A DNA stretch of 32,000 nt from Clostridiales bacterium (GTDB lineage Bacteria > Bacillota > Clostridia > Clostridiales > Clostridiaceae), in NCBI GenBank assembly GCA_017889345.1, contig JAGHEJ010000059.1, positions 13,280-45,279 on the forward strand, written 5' to 3'. Position numbers and translations under genes: made by a program. The notes under the pieces are model-generated. The model saw only the letters and a list, made by a program, of their open reading frames with translations. It searched no databases and was not told where the DNA came from. Of this stretch, positions 15,335 through 22,173 are shown one piece after another. Position 1 is the first letter of the stretch. Every line of letters begins with the position of its first letter.

Positions 15335-17119
15335 GTGGGAGAATATTTAGACACTTATTCCAAATACTTAATAGCCAACAAAGAATTTTTTGAGGATATG
15401 GTTCAAAGGCTTTTGGCTATGCAGAAGATAAATAAAGAATTAATTTTAAAAGCTCAAAGAAGATTAAGGACACTTAAACTTATAGAGGAGGTTTCTCCAT
15501 CTCTTCATAAATATTTTTATGGAAAAGATTATGAAGATATATTAGATCAAAATATTTTTATGGATTTAGAGAAGTATGTGGATTATCTTCTTCGTTATTC
15601 TCAATCACAAATAGATATAAAAGTTTCAGGAGAAAGAGATGAAAATTTATGCAAAATTTGTTCTAAATCCTATGAATCTATTCATAATTATAACTGTTCT
15701 AACAAAGTGCAGATAAATTTAAATTCCAATGAGATATTTCTTGAAGATTATGAGGAAATAAATGAACTATGTTTTTTAATAAATGAAGTAGCTTGCTCGA
15801 ATATAAATTTTAAAGTAATAGATGTAGTTAATAATACTGAATACTTTGAAGATAGGATTAACGAAAAGAGATATAGAAACTATGTAAACACAAAAATAAC
15901 TCTTATAAAAATAAGTGATTATAGGGATTTTATTAAAGCCCCCCATACAAATGAATTTCTATTAAATAGAATGAGCTTTTTAGATCCTAATCCTATATGG
16001 AACTACTATCTTTTAGAGAAAAAGGTAAATAGTAGAGAGCTTCCATCAAACATTATAAAATATGCCTCTTATGTTAAAGAAAATTTTGAAAGCTATGCTT
16101 ATTTAGATGAGGAGTTATACAAATCAATTGGTATAAATGCTTTAACTATTTTATGTGATAATTATATCGAAATAGATGATTATGATAAGTTTGAAGAATG
16201 TTTTGAAGAATTGAGAAGTATAGAATGTAACTTGTTAGAACTTATATATTTAAGAGCGAAAAGTATAATTAAGAGTAACAATTTTAAGATAAATACGTTT
16301 TTAGAGGAACTTAGAGAAGATCTTCTTAAAAATCCAAATAAATGCTCTAATATGAATTTAGATTCAAAAAGTTTATACAGATTAATTGGAGAAATGCTTG
16401 AAACACAGGGGAATTATATTGGGGCTGGTGAAAATTATTTTAAAAGCGGAGAACTTTTAGCATATATAAATAAACTAGGAAGTATAGTAAGTTATTTAAA
16501 CAAAACCCTTTACAAAGAGAATGAATATTTTGAAGGTATAATTTTAACTCCAAAAATTAATACGAACTATAAATTTATAAGTGATCGAATAAACATTGAA
16601 GATATAAATGAGGTTATAGGTAAAGATCATACACGTTTATTTTCCTTTGAACTTTGTGCAAAAGAGATTAAAGAGTATAAAATTAGTGGAGAGATTGTAG
16701 AGCTAAGTAGCAATAGATCGGATTTTTCGCTCCTTTTAAATGAAGCATTTTATGAGAGAAAACATTATTTATTTGATATTAATGAGAAGGAAAATATAGA
16801 AGGAAGTATAGATGATATAATAAGTACTCGAGAGAATGTTATTTTTAAGAAATGGACATTTTTAAAAGAAGCAGAAGAGCTTACAGAGAAATTTTGTTTT
16901 GTGAGCATAGATGTTAATGAATATAAATTAATTCTTGAAAGTTTATTATATTTTTATGAGAGATTATCGCCAGGCGGATATATATTTATTAATTATTACA
17001 ATTACAAATTATATGAGGAAGTATCAAGAGCTGTAAAAGATTTTGAGAGAATGATTTCTCATAGAGTTTGTAAATTTCCACTTAGTGATTTTGGTGGAAC
17101 CCTTGTTATAACGAAGTGA
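15335..17119 (+). CDS. Large cytoplasmic protein with a C-terminal TylF/MycF-like methyltransferase fold whose SAM- and metal-binding motifs look degenerate
   Basis: SD AAGGAGG lies 5 nt before GTG 15335. The C-terminal ~160 aa align by eye to the macrocin-O-methyltransferase family: GEIVELSSNRSDFS vs GDxxExGVWRGGSS, and FVSIDVNEYKLILESLLYFYERLSPGGYIFINYY vs LRLDGDxYESTxxALxxLYxKLSPGGYxIxDDY. The N-terminal ~430 aa are unassigned. Confidence 0.6.
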   Translation: MGEYLDTYSKYLIANKEFFEDMVQRLLAMQKINKELILKAQRRLRTLKLIEEVSPSLHKYFYGKDYEDILDQNIFMDLEKYVDYLLRYSQSQIDIKVSGERDENLCKICSKSYESIHNYNCSNKVQINLNSNEIFLEDYEEINELCFLINEVACSNINFKVIDVVNNTEYFEDRINEKRYRNYVNTKITLIKISDYRDFIKAPHTNEFLLNRMSFLDPNPIWNYYLLEKKVNSRELPSNIIKYASYVKENFESYAYLDEELYKSIGINALTILCDNYIEIDDYDKFEECFEELRSIECNLLELIYLRAKSIIKSNNFKINTFLEELREDLLKNPNKCSNMNLDSKSLYRLIGEMLETQGNYIGAGENYFKSGELLAYINKLGSIVSYLNKTLYKENEYFEGIILTPKINTNYKFISDRINIEDINEVIGKDHTRLFSFELCAKEIKEYKISGEIVELSSNRSDFSLLLNEAFYERKHYLFDINEKENIEGSIDDIISTRENVIFKKWTFLKEAEELTEKFCFVSIDVNEYKLILESLLYFYERLSPGGYIFINYYNYKLYEEVSRAVKDFERMISHRVCKFPLSDFGGTLVITK

Positions 17120-17190
17120 TATAAATAGAAAGATTTACGGTAAATTTTAATATCAATGATTTAAATTATTTGGTTTGTTATAGATTTTTT

Positions 17191-17224
17191 AGCTAGGATT
17201 TTATTTTATCCTAGCTATTTTTTT
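17191..17224 (+). terminator. Rho-independent terminator
   Basis: Perfect 9-bp stem AGCTAGGAT (17191-17199) / ATCCTAGCT (17208-17216), followed by ATTTTTTT. Confidence 0.8.
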
Positions 17225-17238
17225 AGGAGGGAAAAGTT

Positions 17239-18222
17239 TTGGAAGATTTAATAAGTGTTATTATACCTGTTTATAACCTTGAAAAATATTTAAGAGAGAG
17301 TCTTGATAGTGTTATAAATCAAACTTATGAAAATCTTGAAATAATTTTAGTTGATGATGGATCTACTGATAATTCTCTTAGGATTTTAAGAGAGTATGAG
17401 AAAAAAGATAAGAGGATTTCTGTTCTTACTCAAAAAAATGGTGGAATATGTATGGCTATGAAAAATGGAGTTGCATTTTCTTCTGGGAAATATATTGCTC
17501 GTTGCGATGGAGATGATATAAATGAGCTTAATCGTTATGAACGTCAACTTAAATATTTAAAAGAGAATGATTGTGATTTAGTTGGTTGTTATTTAAAAGC
17601 CTTTGGAGATGGAGATGAAAATTATCAGAGAATTATAGATGGAACTAGATCTCCTATTAGAAATTTTAATGAGGCGTTTTCAAGAGCTTATTTTGGAGGA
17701 GTTATAACCGGTGGGAGTATTTTTGGAAGAAGTGATGTGTTTAAAAAACTTTCTCCTTTTCATAAGGATTTTGGGGTTATAGAAGATAGGCTTATATATT
17801 TGAGTTTTTTTAGAAATGGATATAAGATTGGAATGGTTGAGGAAATTTTATATAATTATAGGGTTCATCATACGAATACTTCATTAAATCCAAAGAATCG
17901 TTTAACTATGATGATGAGGCATTTTGAATTATTGTTTTTGTATTTGTTTGATGAAGCACTTAGTAATTATAGAAACATAATTGTAGTTCAGAGAAGAGAT
18001 GTACTTAGTGTGATTTCCAAAATATTTAAGGAGAGATATGGGGATTTAAATTTAATAGTTGTAGATGAGAATGAGAGTTTAAGATTTTTTGAAAGAGGGA
18101 TTTTAAATTACAAGGTGAGTGATACATGTGTGTTTCTTTCTCCACAAATTTTTAATGAGGGGAAAGTTATATTAGAATCACTCCAGTATGAGCATTTGAA
18201 AAATTTATTTTATTTAATATAA
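17239..18222 (+). CDS. Family 2 glycosyltransferase
   Basis: SD AGGAGG lies 8 nt before TTG 17239. Motifs seen: VIIPVYNLEKYLRESLDSVINQTYENLEIILVDDGSTDNS and CDGDD (DxD). Confidence 0.85.
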   Translation: MEDLISVIIPVYNLEKYLRESLDSVINQTYENLEIILVDDGSTDNSLRILREYEKKDKRISVLTQKNGGICMAMKNGVAFSSGKYIARCDGDDINELNRYERQLKYLKENDCDLVGCYLKAFGDGDENYQRIIDGTRSPIRNFNEAFSRAYFGGVITGGSIFGRSDVFKKLSPFHKDFGVIEDRLIYLSFFRNGYKIGMVEEILYNYRVHHTNTSLNPKNRLTMMMRHFELLFLYLFDEALSNYRNIIVVQRRDVLSVISKIFKERYGDLNLIVVDENESLRFFERGILNYKVSDTCVFLSPQIFNEGKVILESLQYEHLKNLFYLI

Positions 18223-18258
18223 TCCTATAGAAAATTCTATAGGATTTTTTCGTTTTTT
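18222..18258 (+). terminator. Rho-independent terminator
   Basis: ATCCTATAG (18222-18230) pairs with CTATAGGAT (18237-18245), followed by TTTTTCGTTTTTT. Confidence 0.8.
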
Positions 18259-18396
18259 AGTGAAAAAATTCTATATGGAAAAAAATGTATTAAGAATTTG
18301 GATTTATAGAAAAGCTTAACCTAAGTAGTATATCCAATTGTTTTTTATAATATGAATGGAGAATCTTAAAAAAAAATAAAATATATAACAACCTTA

Positions 18397-18426
18397 TTGA
18401 CTTTCGAATAAAGGGTGTAGTATTAT
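18397..18426 (+). promoter_or_regulatory. Candidate promoter for the 18737 surface-protein gene (TTGACT - 18 nt - TATTAT), implying a ~300-nt 5' UTR
   Basis: TTGACT at 18397-18402 and TATTAT at 18421-18426. An A9 tract at 18368-18376 lies upstream and resembles an UP element. Confidence 0.35.
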
Positions 18427-18736
18427 TGTAATGTAATTGTTATTATTTTATAAAAATAATAGTAAAATTCTTCAGAAAGTTTGGGAATGAGGTAGAACAT
18501 AGCATTTTCAAATTTAAGAATAACAATGTTAAAAAGGACAAGCTTTTATGAAGCTTAGACCTTTATTTAAAAATGTTTGATTTCTGACCAAAACCGAATG
18601 TTTTTAATAATTATTTACGACGAAAAAGTAAGACCATTAAGACGTGAAACGAATTTTAAAGATGTATGACTTAAAAGTTATACAGACATAAGTTATTTTA
18701 AATTTAAATTAATTAAAATTTTTGGAGGCAAATTAT

Positions 18737-21700
18737 ATGAACAAAAAAAGAATAGCTTTAGCTTTAGCAGCTGGACTCTCACTTAATACTCTAGCAGTAA
18801 CTGTAGCGCCAATTGGTAGACAAGCTGAAATAGCTCATGCAGTTCAATCTTCAGGAAGACTTACAACTCAAGAAGATGAAGCAAGACGTAAGGCGATAAA
18901 TATAAAACAGTTAGACACAATAGCTACAAATTTAGCAAATGGTGATGTTGAGGTAACTTTTAAAAATATTAAAACAGAAGATATTAAGACAGTTACAGCT
19001 ACAGAATTTAAGCAAGATAAATTTACAGAAAGAAAAGATATTGATGGAAATAACTTACCAGTAACTCCAACATGGACAAATGGAAAGTTAATATTTAAAG
19101 GAATTAAAGAGGCTGGTATATACACAGGAACTGTTACTATAGAGTATAAAACTGGAGATAAAGAAACATATACATTATCTTTGACAAAGAAAGTTTCTGA
19201 TACATTTGAAATAGAAAAAATAGATGTTACAGCAGGAGCAATAAAAGTTAGTGACGTTAAATTTAATGGACAAGCATTAAAAGATAATGAAACTTTATAC
19301 TTGGTAGAAAAAGGTGGAAGTGTAACATCAACTACACCAAAAGCTACGTATACATCAGCAAGTGGGGCGGTATTTAATAGTGGAATTAAGTTTGAAGAAG
19401 GAAAAGTTTATGAAGTAGTTTATCAATATGCAGGTGGATTACATGAAGTAGCTGCACAAGTTATGCTGGTTAAAGAAGCTCCTAAATTTTCTGCTTATGC
19501 TTCAAATAGCACAAGTTTTGAAGCAGATTTAAAATCACAAGTTGAGAGTGATTTTATGGCAAGTGCTACTATATCAGGTACTAAACCGTCGGCTTTAGGA
19601 GTAGGTGATTTTACAGTTGATGTAACAGGTGTTGGAACTGTAACTAAGTATAGTCAAACTTATAGTGGTTCTTACTTAGGAGGTGTTGCTATAACTCCAT
19701 CATTTGATTCAACTGGAGGATTAACAGTTACTCTTGGTACGGCAAGGACTACAGGAGCTAATTTTGTACCAGCTATAAATCTTGGTTATGGGGAAAATAC
19801 AACTAATAGCACTGGATTAGTTGGTAATTATATAGTAAATGTTGGAAATGGAAATGATGTAAGTTATTTTGATGCTTCATCACATGTTATTGATGTTAAA
19901 GCTATGGTTACTGGTACGAAAGCTATACTTAATGTAAATAGTATTAGTACAGATTTTACTAAATTAGATTTAACAGATATTAAGTTATCAGGTTCGGATA
20001 CTGATAAAATATTAAATTTAAATCATGGATACTCTTCAGTTGGTGTCGAGTTTAAAGTTAAAGATAGTAATTTTGGAGGTAAGAGTTTTGCGGATTGGGA
20101 AACTGAAGTTGTGAATTTAGTAACTAGTGCTGTAACTACTAGTGTTAAACCAACTCTTTCAACGATAAATAATACTGCTTCAAATATTGTTTCAATAGTA
20201 GTATCAAAGGATGCTTTAGAAGATGTTGTAATAAGTGCGGATTTTGTTAGAACTAGTGAGTCAACAGGAGAGTTAGTGGTAAAGAATGGACAAAAATTAT
20301 TCCCTGCAAACTTTAATCCGAATGATGTTGTTTCTAAGTTAAATATACCAGGAGCAAAAATCAGTCTAATAGCCGATGGAAGTACGACTGATTTTAGATT
20401 CTCAGTTGAGTATAATGGAAATCTTCCTTCAACTATAGATTGGACATTTACAGTTGATAATAAAGATTTAGTAAGTACTGTATCTACTTTTGGTGGAAAG
20501 TTAGAAACAGATAAAGGAATGGTTGAGGTTGTTAACTTCGATAAAGCAGTTACGACATCAAATACAAATACAAACACCATTCAAAATCAATTTGAGATTG
20601 TAGCAGGTTTTGGAAATGCAGTTCCAAGTGGTGCTACTTTAGGATTTGAAAATCAAAATAATTTAAGAGTTACTTTTAAAGATTTAGGAACTCAAAATAA
20701 AACTATAAAAGCTACAGTTGGAAGCGGAAGTAAGTATCAGGGAGTTTATTCAGCTGGTATTTGGGTTACTCAACAGCCAATGGGACTTCAAGTAACTAAA
20801 GCAGAATCTACTGAATCAGGAAGAGTAAATCTTACAATTGATGCTTCGTTCTTCAATGTAGATGATTATAAAAATGTAAGTGGAGCAAAAATTGAATATA
20901 GAGAAAAAGTTGGTGCGAATGAAACACCAAAAGCTTGGGTAGATTCAAAAGTAGCATTTACAATAACTGGGAATAATAGTGACATAAAAGAAGATGCAAT
21001 TACTAAGAGTGTTACTGGCCTTACAGCAAACAAAGAGTATGAGTTCAGAGTAATTTATGATTATAAAGATGGCAATGATACAGTTCCTGTAACTTCCAAT
21101 GTGGTTACAGTAAAAGTTTCTAATAATACAAGTGGTAGCAGTGGAATAGTTTCAGGAGGAAGCGGTTCAACTACGATAGGAACATCAGTTGGATCAACTA
21201 CAATTACTTCAACTTCAAGCAACACGACTTCTGATTCTGATACAGTTAATATAACTTTACCTTCAGGAGTAAATTATGATTCAACTAAAACTCCAGTTGC
21301 TGTTAAGTTTACTTACAAAGGACTTGATGGAAAAACTGTAACTGAAAATAAAGAGCAATATTCAAATGTTGTTGCAAAATTTGAAAATGGAAAAATAGTT
21401 GTTGATGGATTAGTTCCAGGAAAAGATTATCCAGAAATTTCTGTTGACTACACAGACAATAATGGAAGAACAAGAACATTAATTCTTAAAGATGTTAAAA
21501 CCACAACTACAACTGAACTTGAAAAATATTTAGCTGATGTTTATACAACAGTGTTTAAGAGACCAGCTGATGAAGCAGGATACCACTTCCACTTAAATAA
21601 CTTAAAAGATAAGAAAGTATCTTTAAGAGAATTCTTGAAAAATATGTTAAATGAGAAAGAGTTTAATGAAAATTACAAAACTCCAGAAACTAAAGTTGAA

Positions 21701-21886
21701 GCTTTATATGCAGCAATCGTAGCTCGTACACCAGACCAAGCTGGAAAAGATTTCTGGGTAAATGAATACAAGAAAGCTGTTACAACTTATGGATCTGAAG
21801 CTTTAGCATTACAAGCTATAGTTGATAGAATGGTAAATGAAGCAGAATTAAAAACCCTTGCTGAAAAAATGAACGTTCAATGGTAA
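18737..21886 (+). CDS. Secreted large surface protein, second subfamily (Ig/FN3-like modules, Ser/Thr/Gly linker, DUF4214-like C-terminus)
   Basis: I reassigned the start from TTG 18722 to ATG 18737 (GGAGG at 18724-18728, 8-nt spacer). Signal peptide: MNKKRIALALAAGLSLNTLAVTVAPIGRQAEIAHA/V. GLTANKEYEFRV and GLVPGKDYPEI are present. Linker: SNNTSGSSGIVSGGSGSTTIGTSVGSTTITSTSSNTTSDSD. C-terminus: YLADVYTTVFKRPADEAGYHFH...VEALYAAIVARTPDQAGKDFW. Confidence 0.85.
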   Translation: MNKKRIALALAAGLSLNTLAVTVAPIGRQAEIAHAVQSSGRLTTQEDEARRKAINIKQLDTIATNLANGDVEVTFKNIKTEDIKTVTATEFKQDKFTERKDIDGNNLPVTPTWTNGKLIFKGIKEAGIYTGTVTIEYKTGDKETYTLSLTKKVSDTFEIEKIDVTAGAIKVSDVKFNGQALKDNETLYLVEKGGSVTSTTPKATYTSASGAVFNSGIKFEEGKVYEVVYQYAGGLHEVAAQVMLVKEAPKFSAYASNSTSFEADLKSQVESDFMASATISGTKPSALGVGDFTVDVTGVGTVTKYSQTYSGSYLGGVAITPSFDSTGGLTVTLGTARTTGANFVPAINLGYGENTTNSTGLVGNYIVNVGNGNDVSYFDASSHVIDVKAMVTGTKAILNVNSISTDFTKLDLTDIKLSGSDTDKILNLNHGYSSVGVEFKVKDSNFGGKSFADWETEVVNLVTSAVTTSVKPTLSTINNTASNIVSIVVSKDALEDVVISADFVRTSESTGELVVKNGQKLFPANFNPNDVVSKLNIPGAKISLIADGSTTDFRFSVEYNGNLPSTIDWTFTVDNKDLVSTVSTFGGKLETDKGMVEVVNFDKAVTTSNTNTNTIQNQFEIVAGFGNAVPSGATLGFENQNNLRVTFKDLGTQNKTIKATVGSGSKYQGVYSAGIWVTQQPMGLQVTKAESTESGRVNLTIDASFFNVDDYKNVSGAKIEYREKVGANETPKAWVDSKVAFTITGNNSDIKEDAITKSVTGLTANKEYEFRVIYDYKDGNDTVPVTSNVVTVKVSNNTSGSSGIVSGGSGSTTIGTSVGSTTITSTSSNTTSDSDTVNITLPSGVNYDSTKTPVAVKFTYKGLDGKTVTENKEQYSNVVAKFENGKIVVDGLVPGKDYPEISVDYTDNNGRTRTLILKDVKTTTTTELEKYLADVYTTVFKRPADEAGYHFHLNNLKDKKVSLREFLKNMLNEKEFNENYKTPETKVEALYAAIVARTPDQAGKDFWVNEYKKAVTTYGSEALALQAIVDRMVNEAELKTLAEKMNVQW

Positions 21887-22060
21887 AATAATAGCACAAA
21901 GAAAATTAATTATTTAATTAAATAACATTTATAAATGTATAAAATTTACATATGACAAAATTCAATTCAAAAACAGAAGAAAACTTATAAGATTTTAACT
22001 ATGTCGCATAATTTAAATAGAATTTAAATATTGATTAATCAATCACTTCCTAAAAACATT

Positions 22061-22098
22061 AGAGGGCAGAGTCGGTTCTGACCCTCTATTTCGTTTTT
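22061..22098 (+). terminator. Strong rho-independent terminator, 175 nt after the stop of 18737-21886
   Basis: AGAGGGCAGA (22061-22070) pairs with TCTGACCCTCT (22077-22087), giving 10 bp with one bulged A and a 6-nt loop. ATTTCGTTTTT follows. Confidence 0.85.
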
Positions 22099-22173
22099 AT
22101 AAACGCTGTCTTAAGGAAGAAATATCGTAATATATTTTTTAAAGTAATGTATTTAAAATACGAGGCAGAAAAT

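Noticed and set aside
18223-18736. An invertible (phase-variable) promoter element upstream of the large surface-protein gene.
   Set aside because: I looked for long inverted repeats flanking the candidate promoter and found only short local hairpins and AT-only palindromes. No recombinase gene is nearby.
20023-20580. A 185-aa antisense ORF inside the 18737-21886 gene. Smaller antisense ORFs occur at 2333-2638, 3701-3943, 5352-5543, 7823-8101, 9208-9483, 13144-13356, 18868-19125, 24770-24970, 27872-28060, 28628-28993, 30515-30838 and 31030-31290.
   Set aside because: All lie fully inside much longer, motif-supported genes on the opposite strand and have no SD. Their open frames are explained by the sense-strand codon bias: Thr/Ser/Val/Gly codons such as ACT, GTT and AGT have no stop on the complement. 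I treat them as shadow ORFs.
20563-20580. Short tandem AATACA-AATACA-AACACC (encoding NTNTNT) as a variable-number repeat in the surface protein.
   Set aside because: Only about 2.5 imperfect copies are present. That is too short to call a functional VNTR without population data.
21887-22060. Perfect AT-rich palindromes in the 175-nt 3' UTR (ACATTTATAAATGT at 21925-21938, TTGATTAATCAA at 22031-22042) as operator sites or a 3'-UTR sRNA.
   Set aside because: They are composed almost entirely of A/T in an AT-rich genome. No matching copies were seen near other promoters in the window, and no associated promoter or processing signal is visible. They cannot be distinguished from chance here.
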